From the human T2T-CHM13v2.0 reference genome, Homo sapiens, in NCBI RefSeq assembly GCF_009914755.1, contig NC_060930.1: a stretch of DNA of 64,000 nucleotides; one strand, given 5' to 3'. Positions 41,986 through 60,444 of this stretch are shown here, one piece after another; the stretch's first letter is position 1; every line of letters starts with the position of its first letter. The notes below the pieces were generated by a model that worked only from the letters and a program-made list of their open reading frames with translations, had not been told where the DNA came from and ran no database searches. The position numbers and the translations under genes are program-made.

Positions 41986-43539
41986 TCTCTCCACGATATA
42001 TGATTCTTTACTCCACAGACCTTACTTCATACCAGATTATTTTGCCCATGTTCCCCCGATGCTTGCTAATTGCGCTTACATTTTCTGTGTTTTGTCTCTC
42101 TAACCATTCCTACACTCTTCAAAGGCAGAGAAAAAGCTTTCTATTTCTTTTTTACTTAACCCAAAAGCTTATTAAGGGCAGAACACAGAACGTTTCTGAA
42201 GAAACACCCTGGGCTCACAGCAGAGAGCAATGCAGATAATAAACACCAGGAGTACTATCTAAAACCTAAGAAACATCAAAATTATACCCTTTCCTCACTT
42301 TTCTTAATCAATACTTTCTATTTATTCAGAGCCAAGCTTACAAAGGGTAAAGATTGCCTTGATGAAGAGCAAGCCCTCTGTCTACTGATGCTGACATCTA
42401 GAAAAATCACTATGCTCAGATTCAATATTCTGCACTATAGCTCCCTAATAGACTCAAACAAATGGCAATGGATACACTCAGCCTTTTCTGAGCTTCTAGA
42501 AAACATTCACCTATTGCATTTCTCTTTAACTTCTTTTTTAATTATCTGACTGCCTCTTACCTGAGCCCAGTAGAATTTTAAATATGAGAAAGGAATCATC
42601 AGAGAATAGGCTTAAAATGAAAAAAGGAAATAGGAAATTGTATTTTATTTGACTTTTTAAAACTCATCTACTTTCAGATTGAGTCAGTTTGCTAGCTAAA
42701 ACAAGATTTTGGGGTGAATAACTTTTACTAGAACATACAAAGTGCATTTTAACAATGGTCTACATTCACAAGTGGCCACTATTCTTGTCCAAACACAATT
42801 CAGCTGAGTGTTCCTAGGCTTCCAAACCCAGAACAAAGCAGAACAAAAGAAAAATATAGTATTTGAAGTGCCTTGCTTGTGCTTTTCTAATCTAAACAGA
42901 CTGCTCCCATATTAAGAAAATTACTTTAGGTGCAAATGATACCTCAAAAAGAAGTAGATAGATATGCACTGATTCTTTTTGACATTATAATTTATAGCTT
43001 AAATTAATTTTAGACTAATTTTCCTCTTACTTAGAGCAAAATATTGCTAAGGGAACAGCCTGTCTTCATCTGACTTATAGTAAACATTTGCCACTTAGTA
43101 TTCTGAAACCAGCTGGCTTTTTTAATCTTTGGCAATAGACGCTAACGTATCCTTTATGAATTATGGCAAGCCAATAGGCAGAGAGCAACCCAGAAGGTGT
43201 AAGAGGTCTAACAATCAACCAGGCAATAGAATGGGGGTTGGTAACCATCAACTGCATGCCCTGAAGGCAAATTTTCCACAGCTTTCCAGATGCTGCCATG
43301 CTGCCTCCCTCACTCCACCTTTTGCCCCAGCTCTCCAAACTCAGCCCTGGGGAGTTGGTTCATTCAATCCTTCAAAGAAGTGCAAGGATAAAGAAGCAGG
43401 AAACTAATTACCTCATGGTGTGATAAGTGCAGGATAATTCTATAGAAAGAACACCTAACGTAAACCTAGAAGATCAAAATAAGCTTCCCAGAGAAAGTGA
43501 TGTTCTGACCAAGAAGAGAAGAAAAGAGTTAGACACTTG

Positions 43540-44104
<565 letters not shown>

Positions 44105-44373
44105 CTAGAGTAATGGAGACAACATCTCATATCCGCAACAATAGAAACATCTGGCTTTCTTGATCACCACAGCAGGGGAACAGACATCTGAATGACTTTT
44201 ATATACTTCAGTCTAGAAGTGACACACATCACTTCTACCCACAGCCTATTGGTTAGCACTAGTCATATGCTTCTCCCACCCCACCCCCAAAATTATAATG
44301 ACCTAGAAAAGTAGGGGCAGATGTAATGTTTAATGCATACCACTGTCTCAGGTATAGGCATGATATTAATGGC

Positions 44374-44789
44374 TGTCTTACTCTATTTGTGTTGCTATGA
44401 AGGAATATCTGAGGCTGAGTAATTTATAAAGAAAATAGGTTTATTTGGCTCATAGTTCTGCAGACTGTACAGGAAGCATGGCACCAGCATTGGCTTCAGG
44501 CCACTTCCACTCATGGGGAAGGCAACGGAAAGGCACATGCACAGAGATCACACGTGAGAGAGGAGGCAAGAGACAAAAAGGAGGGAGATGCCAGGCTCTT
44601 TTTGAATAACCAACTCTTTGGGAACTAATAAGAGTGAGAACTCACACAACCCCACCCCATGCTGACAGAGCATTAATCTATTCATGAGAGATATGCCCCA
44701 TGACCCCAACACCTCTCACAGTCCCCGCCTCTGACACTAGGAATCAATTTCAACATGTGATTTGGGGGACAATATTCAAACTATAGCAA
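44374..44789 (-). mobile_element. MaLR LTR (MSTB-like)
   Basis: tgtcttactctatttgtgttgctat..aatatctgaggctgagtaatttataaagaaa; ends attcaaactatagca. Confidence 0.85.
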
Positions 44790-45724
44790 TTACTTTGTAA
44801 GTCATGTTTAAGCAGTTTGCTTTATTCTGAGGGTATCAAAGAGCCAATAAAGAATTTTAAGCAAGATAATTAAAGGACTGGATTTAGAACTTTTTGCAGC
44901 TCGGCAGGGTTTCCTCCCCTATTACTTCTCCTCACCTCTAAGTGGATAGGCAGTCTTTCAGAAAGCTATCCATGGAAATGATGCTGTTAACAAATATGAG
45001 ATAGTTAAAATCAACAGAATGATCCATTGTCACCCCCATCCCTCAATTAAAAGCATGTGCTTTTTTGAGTGCCTCAGAGAGTAAATGCCCCCCCCTTTTT
45101 TTTAAAGCTCCTAGTTATGGTGTAGCAGCCTTAAGGAAGATGGATCATTCAGGCATAGTCAGGCACTGATATGTTTTAGTAAACAGAACCAAGAGAAGGG
45201 GATACCATGAGGCCTGAGCTTTGAAAACGAGGAGACAACTGCTGTTGTTGGCACATCCTTTCATTCCTTCTAGACACAAGCCTCAGCAGACATCCAGTGC
45301 CATCAGATCACTCTTAAAGAAGGGCCTCAGCGTAGCATCCACAGCTGGTCACTACTTCCTCAGGGATGACTTGCACCTGGGAGGAAAAATAGGATAAAGG
45401 TGGAAGTGCAGTTGATGTTGTTTCTTTCCTTATCTGTATTGCCAATAAAATTGCCTTTTCAATTTTTCTCAGTGATTAATATTTGTATGATGTGTGTGTA
45501 TCAAGCAGACTACAGCAGGTCCTCTTTAGCTCCTCTTGCTCCAGTGGTCAATAACTCAGTGATTAGCAGAAGCACCTCAGAAGCTTGTTAAAAATACAGA
45601 GTCTTAGTTCATGCATTCAACTTACTTAATCAAACTCTCTGGAGTAGGATCCATGAAGCTAGTTTTAGTTGTTTTTGTTTTTTTACAAAAATTTTGCAGG
45701 CTTGTAAAATGTTGCTGTAGTTAA

Positions 45725-46047
<323 letters not shown>

Positions 46048-46824
46048 TCATAAAATTATTTTCTAGCTAAAGATCTACTATGGCTTTTAGTCATTTACAG
46101 GGTTTTGTTTTGCATTATTTAAATGTGTCTGTTTCAACACATCTCTCTCAAAAAAAGTTTTCAAAAAACCAGAGACCTTGTCTTCCTCCTGTTGAATTTC
46201 TGTGCCACTTTACACATTGGTAGGTACTTGGCAGACATCTAAAAAATACAGAATAGAAAGCAATAACATCAATTTGAATTGGTATTCTTGATGGAGATGA
46301 GTCTGCAGACGCATATCACAGGAAAGGAAACAGCATTCCTCCCTAGGGCACAGACCTATTTTTATGTTCAAGCTGCTCCTTTTTGGTAGACAGCGTCATA
46401 AGCATCACCAACTTAAGTCTGCTGTTTGACAGGTGGAGTCTTATGTGATTGACTTGATAACATTCACTTTCTGAAAACATTTTTTTTTCAGCCTTCATAG
46501 AGAAGTTACGGAAGGAGCATTTTTATTGCCATGTTGCAGGTTAGCCAACAGGATAAAATTTGTTCATTGTGGCATCAAAATAAAAAAATAGCTCTTTTCT
46601 TTTTTTCCTAAATTTTTGTGCTCTTTATCCTCATTCTAGATGCCAAAAAGGTATTTGCCTTTTATATGCATGTTTTTGCTTTGTATTTAATACAGGTTTG
46701 AATATTTCAGAAACTTTATGAAAATATGGAAACCCTATTTGGAATTTGATCTCAATTTGCAGAAAGAAAGTTCAGGAAATTTTTTTTCAGTTAAGAGACA
46801 AACAAACACCTGTTAAAAGTGATG

Positions 46825-47177
<353 letters not shown>

Positions 47178-48249
47178 TTAATTTCAACTTTTCTGCAATC
47201 TGTATGCCAGTTTCATAAGGAAATAGTTCAAATCAGGGCATCCACAGGAAGAAAGTAGTTGGTTGATGAAATTTCTTCCTCTGCTCAAAGTTTAACAACC
47301 GCTCTTAAATTTCATCATGAAATGCTTGACCTTGGTACTGAAAGAAAAGAGTAGTACTAAGAAAAACTGCCTTCTTCTATAGACCACACCCTTCTTGAAA
47401 ATAACTTCTTATGAAAAGTAATATCAAACAGGCTAGCATTTCCTTCATAAAAATTATCCAGTAAGAAAGCCTTCTCAGTGCAACTGGTTAATACCATTTA
47501 AAATTATTGTTTCTGAAAGACCATGAATATCACAACTTACCTCATCACCACAAGTTTGCAAATTAACCCATTCATCTGGAAAAACTAAGTTGGACCAAAA
47601 TGGCCATGATAACTATAATTACAATAAGAAGTTATAATAAAATGCAGGTGGCTGCTTGATATTGCCATTTCATCTTGTCCAGCTCCAGACACAGCAAGCA
47701 ATGGAGCTCAGAAATTACCCCCAGATTATGGCATTATAGCTCAAAGCATAGTGCCCTCTAAGGAAACAGAAATGTCTCTCTGTCATTAGTTGAATGTCAA
47801 CAAAAAGTCACTAAGGGATAATATTGTTTTTTTAATTCCAAAGAAAATGTTTCCTGACTACATGACAACTCTTAAACACTATATCACATTTTCACACTCA
47901 TGCTGAACCTACTAGCACACAAATTAAATTCCTGGTACCTTAAACATAAAAGCAATCAACCAAGTGCTATTCTTCTTCAATCATTAAGGCTTCTCACTTT
48001 CAAGAGGAAACAAAGCTTAAAACAGGACCCTTGAATATTGTATTTCCTCTACAAAATGTATTATATTTCATAAGCAAGCATTTTAAAATAGATAATGCCA
48101 TCCACATTGAAGAGAACTTACATTTTTATATAGACTCAAATATATCTTCACTATAAATACTTACTAGTAATAATATTTATTTTAACAGTGAAACCCTAGT
48201 TAACCAAAATTATTGGTGTATGTATACAGTACATTGAATATGTCTTTAT

Positions 48250-48732
48250 GCATCCTTTTAGACTTTCACCTCACCTGTCTTGCATTCTGGCTGCAGGTGA
48301 AGCAACCAGTCTGTGCACTTCCAACCACTTTAATATAGGTTTTCTTTTACAGCACCTTGTCTCAGACCAGTCCCCAGGAGCCTCTCATCTTCTGCCCAGG
48401 TGTTCTCTGTTGACCACACTATGTGAGATGACACAGAAGCATGTTTTGCACCCATGCATGTGTTACCTAGGAGGGTAAAGCCAATCATTTGACCATTGAG
48501 AGATACAGGTTTCTCACTGTCTCAGAAGGACAGTCCTAAGACACATTTTATGTGCCTGGGTGATTGAGGAGCTAGTTGCCTGTAGACATATATACTTGAT
48601 AATACATTGTCATTTTGCATCTCTCTTCTGTTTGGCTCACCTTTGATCTCTGGACTCAATACTTCCCAATAAAGTGTTTTAAAACAAGACTTTGTCTCAA
48701 GCTCTGCTTCCTGGCAAACCCAAGCTAAGATA
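48250..48732 (+). mobile_element. Old ERVL-type LTR (LTR33-like)
   Basis: aataaa then ctctgcttcctggcaaacccaagctaagata terminus. Confidence 0.5.
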
Positions 48733-49021
48733 TAACTGTACAACATATACATATATAATAAGAATTACTGCTGTCACATACTGTTAAGTTACAACAGTTC
48801 AAGAATGGGTAAAAGTAAATACTGTTACCATCATTATTAGCCATGAAAAAGACAAAAGGGATTATCTAGCTCAATGATCTTTCTAAGTTTATGTAAGACC
48901 CACATTCTAATTAATTAAATAGCTACAGGCATATGTATCTCAAATTCAAAAGACTGCTTAACCTTTCCTGCTTTTGTTCATGTTAAGAAGGAAAGCCTTA
49001 AGCACCTTTAAAAGAGCAGAT

Positions 49022-49172
49022 TTATTTGTTTGTTTGTTTGTTTGTTTGTTTTTATAGAGATAGGGTATAGCTATGTTGCCCAGGCTGGTCTCAAATTTCT
49101 GAGCTCAAGCAATTCTCCTTCCTCAGCCTCCCAAAGTACTGGGATTACAGGTATGAGCCACCACATCCAACC
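49022..49172 (-). mobile_element. Alu monomer (FLAM-like)
   Basis: Single arm with (TTTG)n tail. Confidence 0.85.
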
Positions 49173-49279
49173 AAGAGTGGATTTTTTTTTTAAAACTTTC
49201 TCAATGACAGAAGGGAAGTCAACCAACTCATAGGTTCATACCCACACAAAATAGCACATAAACCTTGTTTAACCATTAC

Positions 49280-49281
<2 letters not shown>

Positions 49282-49315
<34 letters not shown>
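49282..49315. repeat. (CA)n microsatellite
   Basis: Direct reading. Confidence 0.95.
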
Positions 49316-49318
<3 letters not shown>

Positions 49319-50312
49319 TGCATGCACATACACAGACCCAGGGGATCAACAGCATATTCACACAGGGATAAGAATACACCAGAACAGAATAGACCAAAAC
49401 TTAGAGATAAACCTTTTGAACAGGGCGTTTTTTTAATCCAGGTAACTACTTGATGATCATAGTGCAAATTATGCCCTCATAAATAAAAATAAGACACAAA
49501 ACAGATTATAGAAATTCTAAGTCTTTACTAAACTAATTTTCTCAGATTGTGCTGGACACAGACAAGTCATATACTAGATTCAATGCCATTAACTATACAC
49601 TATAATAGTTTCTAATATCCATGTATTACCTTATATTTTAATAACTTTTTCACTGAGTTGTCTTATTTAATCCTCCAAATCTGTGAAATAATTGACTTTA
49701 TCATTCCCATTTTACAAATAAAGATCAGAGAGGGTAAATAACTCATAGAGGATACAGTATACTGCCTGCACTGCAAAGTCAGAATTTGTAGAACTATTTA
49801 TTGAGCCACCCTTTCAAACTCATTTTATCTCTGGTTATTCATTAATATTGTCTCCCACATACCAGCTTCTCTGCTAACCACTTCTCTAACTTGACATTCT
49901 AAAAGGATCCTAGATGTCTGCTTTCAGTTCCCTAGATTTCACCACTCCTTAGTGTATTTACAGTCTCCTCTGCTTCTAAACGTTTAGACCAACCCAAATC
50001 ACCCATAAACCACAAACCTATGATGATTGTGCACACCAGTTGGCTGCCTTCCTAGAAGTCCTCCCCAGTTTTTTCCATGCTTGAAGGGCCCTGATTTCAT
50101 TTGATGTCTACCTCTCTTCCTGCCACGAGAACCAAGGAGGGGTTACCCCATTTTCAGTTCCAAGAGTAAATCTTGATAAGCCTATACCAATAATTATGAC
50201 CCCAGTTGTTTTTCCAAGGATTGGTTTAAGCATGATCACATGACCTAATTCTGCACAATGAGACATGAGGGGAGATGATATGGGAGAAACTTATGGAAAG
50301 GTTTTCCACTAC

Positions 50313-51047
<735 letters not shown>

Positions 51048-52727
51048 TCATTTAAAAATGACATGTAAATGAATTTTAAAATAATGACACAAGGAAGGAA
51101 GCACCCTTTCTGTTACTGGACATTTTGATATCTGATTATGAAGATGGGAATTGCTTTAGCCATCTTACACCTGTACAGAGAATCCATCTGAGAACTGGTT
51201 TCCATGTTGAGTATGGCAGATCTACCAAAATATACATAAAACAAAAACTTATTTCTTAATGATGCTGCTGAGCCACTGAATTAACTAAACTTAGATCACT
51301 CTGTCTTCAAATGTCCTCTTATATGAAAATAAGTTTCCCTGATTTCTTTAAGCTGTGGTTTTCTATAAATTATAGCCAAAATCATCCTATTGATACAATC
51401 AATTGGATAAAGTTTAGCTATTGACAAGCTAAGGCTGTTTCAGCAGTTGCTCTAGACTTTACTCCTTTATTACTCATCAGTTCTTAGTCTTCTTCCATTT
51501 CCAACTCTATACTCTTGGCTCTTAAGTTTTGCCTCCAACCCGTCACAGAGTTTTTAACTTATGTCTAACTTATCCATAGTTTTCTAAGCATTAGACTCTC
51601 AATTGTCCCCTATAAACTTGCTTAGTTTCTCTTAGGTGGGAATTACAATCTTGGATCTATCCACTTAAATGAAGTCCAAAGTCAGTTCCAAAATGTAGGC
51701 AAATTCAGAAAGATAAGCTAATAACCTATCTTTTAGTTGACATGGTCAACCCAATACATATATCTGTGTTATGCTCTGTTTATAAGTAATGGCAAATTCC
51801 TGAAGGACCGATACCCAATATCACATAGGCAAAAAGTCTGAGACCTCAGACCCAATTTCCTGACACCAACTACTTTACTAATTCCATTATTCATTATTCT
51901 ACCCAATTAATAAATTTGATGTTAATATATTGGGACCAGATAGTATTCACTTAACAGTTTTAAAAAATTATAAGGTGAAAATGTAGAAATACATACAATT
52001 TCTCATTAACTTTATAAATTGCCAGAGATTTAAGGATTTATAAAATATTAAAAGGATTTTGTAATTGTAGAGTCTTACCTCCCTACTTGGAAGTTTGATA
52101 GAGACTTTATAAGCAAGAGAGGGACCCCTTTGTGAATATAGATAGGATGAATACATAGAGCTTAATCTATAATCCAAAATTCAGTGGGATAAGACATGCC
52201 ACCAGGTAAACATTTTACTTTCTGTAGCTCAGCTACAAATACATTGACCTTGATCCAGCCATTGAGAATATCATTGACTTTCAGAGTTTTGGGGCTTTTT
52301 AATTTTTATTTTACTATTATTATTATTATTATTGCTTACTTGTTTGTTTGTTTCTGGCTAATTCTCCTTATCTGATTCTCTGATCCTATTTTGGTAACCT
52401 GTCTTTCATATTTCCAATCTCATTTCCTGATTTTTGCATCACTTTTCGTCAGGTATTGATTTCTGTATTCCTAGTCATAACCAGTTAACCTAAATGTCAT
52501 TCTTGAAAATGCTTTGTATCTAATAATTCATTTTAATGGTCTTGGAACTATACAATACCTTGACTATACACTCAACATTGAAGTTCAACAAAAGAACCCA
52601 TGTTCCTTTCCCTGACTCAATAAATATTTAGAGAGGGTAATCTACTGGGAAAAGAGTAATATGGTTTCTGTAAGGGGATATTATAGTCGTCTAGTAGCAT
52701 TCTTTGAAGAGGTAAATTAATAAATAA

Positions 52728-53105
<378 letters not shown>

Positions 53106-53136
53106 TTAAAGGTGAATCACTCACTATTGGATTATA

Positions 53137-53484
53137 CAATTAGCAGCCCTCTGTATCCATGTGTTCCTCTTCCATGAATTCAACCAACCATAGATCAAAA
53201 ATATTCAGGAAAAGAAAAATGCATCGGTACTGAATACATAACGATGCATTTTTTCTTGTAATATTCCTAAAACGACAGAGTATAACAACTATTTACATAA
53301 TTTACATATTATATATCTTTGTTGTATTAGGTATTATAATGATTTAAGAGATTATATAAAGTATATAGAAGCATATGCATAGGTTACATGCAAATACTTT
53401 ATCAGATACTTGAGCCACTGCAGATTTTGATGTGCTCCAGAGGTCCTGGAACTAACCCCCCACAGATACTGAGGGACAACTGTA
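53137..53484. mobile_element. MER2 (Tigger-family) DNA transposon
   Basis: Terminal inverted repeats gccctctgtatccatg / cacagatactgagggacaactg. Confidence 0.85.
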
Positions 53485-53616
53485 TTCACAGAAAATATTT
53501 TATCATGGATTAAAAATATATATTAGTACAAAAAGTTAGAGCCTGAATTTTAGAGGAATCCATGCAATGGGAGAGATGTCACAGAGATCAGTACTGAGAT
53601 TAACTTTGATCAATAA

Positions 53617-54086
<470 letters not shown>

Positions 54087-54253
54087 AATAATTTTTGAAA
54101 CAGAAGATGACTATGGAGTATCATTTCGTAATTTAAAAATGACTTACCAGTGGTGAATTATGAAGATAAGGAAAAAGTTTAGGAAATTTCACAAGGTAGG
54201 CAGTTGGACAGAAATTTAAGATACCAGCTTCTTGATGAGAAAAGTGAGGTCCT

Positions 54254-54640
54254 ATTATGGGCTAAATTGTGTTTCCTGAAGATTCACATGCTGAAGTTCT
54301 AATCCTCAGTACTTCAGAGTGTGACCATATTTAGAGATAGCATCTTTAAGGAGGTAACTAAGTTAAAATGAGGCCAGTTAGGGTGAGCCCTAATCTGATA
54401 TGACTGATGTCCCTGTAAGAAGAGGAAATCTGAACACAGGTGCACAGAGGGAAAATGATGTGAAGCCAGGGAGAAGACGGCCATTGACAAGCCAAGGAGA
54501 GAGGCCTCAGAAGAAACCAACCCTGCCAACACCTTCATCTTGGACTTCTAGGCTCCAGAACTGTGAAGAAATAAATTTCTATTGTTTGAGCCACCCAGTC
54601 TGTGGTATTTTGTTACAGCAGCCCTGGAAAAATAATAGAG
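54254..54640 (+). mobile_element. MaLR LTR (MLT1B-like)
   Basis: ttatgggctaaattgtg..; gaaataaatttctattgtttgagccacccagtctgtggtattttgttacagcagccct. Confidence 0.85.
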
Positions 54641-55982
54641 GTCCTAAAGCTAGAAATAACGTAAATAATGGCCAAGGGATAACTGGCTTCGAGGGCCATT
54701 TGGAAAAACAAGACAGAGAACTTGTTGTCAGTCTAATGTGGTTCTAATAGACAAAAAGGCCATCAGAGTATTGATAAGCAGGCAGTGAGTTGAAAGCAGA
54801 ATAGAAGACATTCTTATACTTGGCACAAACCATGTACAGTCACTCAAAAATCATCTTAGGATGCATATATTTAAGCAGAATGCACAGAAAGTAGTAACTC
54901 CTAGTCTACAAGGATGAAATACAAATAGGATGAGGAAGACAAAAAGGGAAGGGAAAAGAAGAAAAGAGCTAACCCTTATAAGTATTCATTCATTTAATCC
55001 TTATGGCCACCCCTACGTGTAAGTAAACTGAACATTATTGTCTCCACTTTGGAAAGGAGGAAACTGAATCACAGAAAGAGTAAGTAAATTGCTCAGAGTC
55101 ACACAGAAAGTGAAAAAGCTATGATAAATAATAGATCTATTAATATAAGAACAAATCAAAAAATGTGAAACCTATTTTCTACTCTCATATTTTCTTACTA
55201 ACAATAGAAAAGAAGCTTACCTTACATTTTCAGATAGAGAGGAAAGGATATTGAGCCTGATTCATTTTGTATCTTCTTGTGTTTCTATGTGTTCATTCTT
55301 AAACAAGTAATAGAAACTACACTCAGTCTAGAACATGTCAGTCTTATTTTGGCAAAACAATCCCACCGTCTTCTTCTGCATCTACCCTTGACCCCATTGC
55401 AAAATCTAGCACAATCTGATAACAGAAGAAGAGAACAAAAGAGAAAAATTTGAAGGAACTGTGTTTAACCTTAAGGAAAGCATGGCTTCTGTTTTGAACA
55501 ATGGTCCTGTGTAGTTTCACTTAAATCTTATCTGTATACAAAACTCTTGGTTGCCACTCTGTGCTGTGAAACTGCTACATGGTTGCATTTCAATATTAAG
55601 TATGTAAGCCAGTGAGTAAACCAAACCATGATAGTTCATGAATCTACTAATGGAGACGATCATATCAGTACTATTATTCCAATACAGAAATTCAAAGGTA
55701 GTGCATACAGAAATAGAGATCATAAAATGCAGTCATTTTAAATTATTTTTTACACTAAAAATAATTTAGTCATTGTGCTCCAGACATTAAGTGCATTAAT
55801 GTACATGCTTCAAAGTTTATCTCCTTTTTCTCTTCCTCCCCCATCCCCCACAAAAAAAAATGGTGAGAGAAAATTTTCTAGGTCTAATCTAAGCCTAAAG
55901 AAAACACACCTTTTGTGAATGCTAAGTAGGGAGATGTAGAAAATGAAGAGAAAAGACTCTAATGGTCTCAGAAACTGTATAA

Positions 55983-56795
<813 letters not shown>

Positions 56796-57947
56796 GAAAA
56801 TTGGAATTGAATTAGTTCAGATAATATCCTTAACTTTCTTATCTCTCTCCATTCACTTTCAATTATTTGAATTATAACAAGTTCCATTGGAAAGGATGCA
56901 TACTTTTACCTTCTCTTTGGATAAAAGGTAATCTGAAATAAATTGATTGCTTCTGTTAAATAGACAAATAGAATTACTAAGTATTATCAGATCTCAAATA
57001 GCTCTAATAGAATATGTACACAGGTAAGACTCATTTAGCATTATTTAAAATCTCGTTTTTAAAAAATATGATAATGGAGACAAATTTGCTATTAAATAAT
57101 TTATTTGCAATGTATAAATGTCCTTAGCAGTCAATCCTATTTGGGTTTGAGAAAAACATGACATTTTCAAGTTATCTTAGTTGGTGTAGGTCTAAAGATA
57201 TGGAAGGGAAGTAAGAACCAAGAGGTTGTGTCTTAGCAACTACTCAGCCAGCAGCTGGAACTGTAGCTCATTCAGAATACACAATGTAGAGGACTGATAG
57301 CAGCTCTTACACTCAACAGCAACATCTGCAAAGATCCATGCATCTGTAAACTTCTGTTGCTTTTTCTGACAAGGATTCCCAACTTGTAAGTGGGTTGATT
57401 TCAGTCTCTGCTTGTACCTCTGTATCCTCCAACACTGTTCTCTCCACTTGCCTTCTCTCCACCTCAAGGTCTGTGTTAGCTTTTACTGTCTTGTGATTTC
57501 TGAAGCCTCAATGTGTCTCTAGTTCCTGCTCACTTAAGTTTCCCTCCAAATTCCCAAGGGAGATCTGCTTTACGGTTAGTCAACATCCAATATTGACCAT
57601 TCTTGCTGGGCAGAGTTCAGTTACACTTCATGGGCTGATAGCGAGGCTTTTAGCTATCTCTGTCTCAAAGGTTAATCCTTGAACTAAGTCATTGCTGGTC
57701 CAGAAAAGCAGAAGTCACATGATGTAAAGCATAAGGGCCCTAGGAGCAGAGAAACACTCAGCTGTCTTTCATAGAAGAGGTCTTTGGACATGGAAGGACA
57801 ATGAGCATGGGTTGACGCACAGAGCAACTTGGTCTCCTCTCCAGTATAAGTCTTCTTTTAAGGAATCAATGATATGAAAGTTTATTTTTAAAAATTACAA
57901 AACAACAACACTGGTTTCATCCTCCACCCCAAAATTCCAAGTAATTA

Positions 57948-58021
57948 TAGTCATGTACTGTATAAAAACATTCTGGTCAACAATGGACCACATATAAAAC
58001 AGTGGTCCCATAAGATTATAA
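57948..58021 (+). mobile_element. Tigger3a/MER7-like, 5' piece (continues at 63870)
   Basis: agtcatg..ggtcaacaatggaccacatat..gtggtcccataagattataa matches recalled Tigger3a start. Confidence 0.85.
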
Positions 58022-58543
58022 AAGAGGAGGGGCATGGACCAGAAATCTGAGAGAGGTCAAAGACGCCCAGGCCAGGTGCCTCTCAGGTACTCATGTACTG
58101 ATATGAAGTAGGAGGGGCGCAGTGCTAGAAGCCCCTTCCTCAGTGCTGCCAACCAGACACCCAGCCCATGGCAAACCCTGGCCTAGGGCTGCTCCTGGCC
58201 CTGGGCCTGCCTCTGCTGCAGGCCTGCTTAGGCCCAGCCTTGAGACAAACCTCCACAGCAGGGGCCCCTTCTGTAAATGAGAGCAGCACTATCATGCCCA
58301 CCAGCTCCAGCTCCAAAGGGACCCTGTCTCAGGGGGCATCACTGCTATCATGTGGACTAATCCATCCTGGCCACCCTACTCCTGGCTGTGGGACTGGAAC
58401 TACTGGTGCAGAAGCTTCAGGAGAAGCATAGATGGAGGCGGAAACCTACCTACCCAGCAGCCAGGAACAGGTGGGTGCCCATGCGCCACAGACCCTCAAC
58501 TTCAAATTGCCTCCGGAGGAGTAGCAGCTCATCTGAACGCTGG
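58022..58543 (+). pseudogene. CRB3: CRB3 processed pseudogene, 5' UTR-like region and degenerate CDS (ATG 58168, stop about 58534-58536)
   Basis: MANPGLGLLLALGLP; after frameshifts SILATLLLAVGLELLVQKLQEK and TYLPSSQEQVGAHAPQTLNFKLPPEE*QLI*, against CRB3 TYRPSSEEQVGARVPPTPNLKLPPEERLI; no introns; may correspond to the annotated CRB3P1 (not verifiable here). Confidence 0.93.
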
Positions 58544-58710
58544 TGTTAGAGGCCTTTGAACCAGAGTGACTCCATCTTGAATAGGGGCTGGGTAAAATTG
58601 ATAAAGGAATTAAGAAGAAATTACTTAGGCAGATAATGAGGATATGGAAGTCCTCGGTAAGGTTTTCCTTTTAATGAAAAGCAACCCCAAATTATTTTTC
58701 TTTCTAATGA

Positions 58711-59097
<387 letters not shown>

Positions 59098-59099
59098 CA

Positions 59100-59391
59100 A
59101 GATGGAGTCTCACTCTGTCGCCCAGGCTGGAGTGCAATAGCTGGATCTTGGCACACTGCAACCTCTATCTCCTGGGTTCAAGCTATTCTCCTGCCTCAGC
59201 CTCTCCTCCCCAACCTGTAGGTGAGATTACAGGTGTGTGCCACAAAGCCCGGCTAATTTTTTTGTATTTTTAGTAGAGACAGGGTTTCACCATGTTGGTC
59301 AGGCTGGTCTCGAACTCCTGACCTCAAGTGATCTACCCACCTCAGCCTCCCAAAGTGCTAGGATTACAGGCGTGAGCCACCGCGCCTGGCC
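59100..59391 (-). mobile_element. Alu (AluS-like) without its own tail, abutting the AluY
   Basis: Reverse-complement Alu; ccatcttc flanks the Alu pair. Confidence 0.9.
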
Positions 59392-59870
59392 CATCTTCCC
59401 TTCTTCTGTACAGTAAGGAGCAGACAAGATGGCGCTGGTTAACTGGAAAGCCCATTTGCACAATAAGATTAGGGTGGGGCAACCAGTCTTACCACAAGCA
59501 CTATGAAAACATCATACCTGATCGAACCAATTTGTGAGCCCTATGTAAATCAAACACTGCCTCCTCAAACCTGACTATAAAATCTGGCCCATCCACTGCT
59601 GGCAGGTCTTTCTTCTCAGAAGTCCCCTCTCTCTCAAGAGGCAGAGCTGTTTTACTTTCTTTTCTTCTGCCTATTAAACCTTCGCTCTTAAACTCCTCAT
59701 GTGTGTCTGTGTCCTAAATTTTCCTGGCGCCAGACAACAAATCCCAGGTATATACCCCAGACAATGTAGCCACTTCAAAATGAAGCTGAGATCTACTGGG
59801 CTGCATTCCCACGAGGTTAGGTATTCTAAGTGACAGGATGAGATAGGAGGTCTGCAAAAGATACAGGTCA

Positions 59871-60200
<330 letters not shown>

Positions 60201-60435
60201 GAAAACAGGTTGCAGTAAAGAAGCTGGTCAAAACCCACTAAACCAAGATGGAGATGAAAGTGACCTCTGGAGGTCCTCACTGCTCATGATATGCTAGTTA
60301 TGATGCAATTATAATGCATTGGCATGCTAAAAGACACTCCCACTAGCATCATGATGGTTTACAAATGTCAGGAAGTTACTCTGTATGGTTTAAAAGGGGG
60401 AGGAACCCTCAGTTCCAGGGGTATTGCCCATCCCT

Positions 60436-60444
60436 TTCCTGGAA
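60436..60444. promoter_or_regulatory. GAS (STAT1) motif TTCCTGGAA in MER41B
   Basis: Matches TTCNNNGAA at the position known for MER41B; the upstream partner site at about 60413 is degenerate. Confidence 0.5.
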
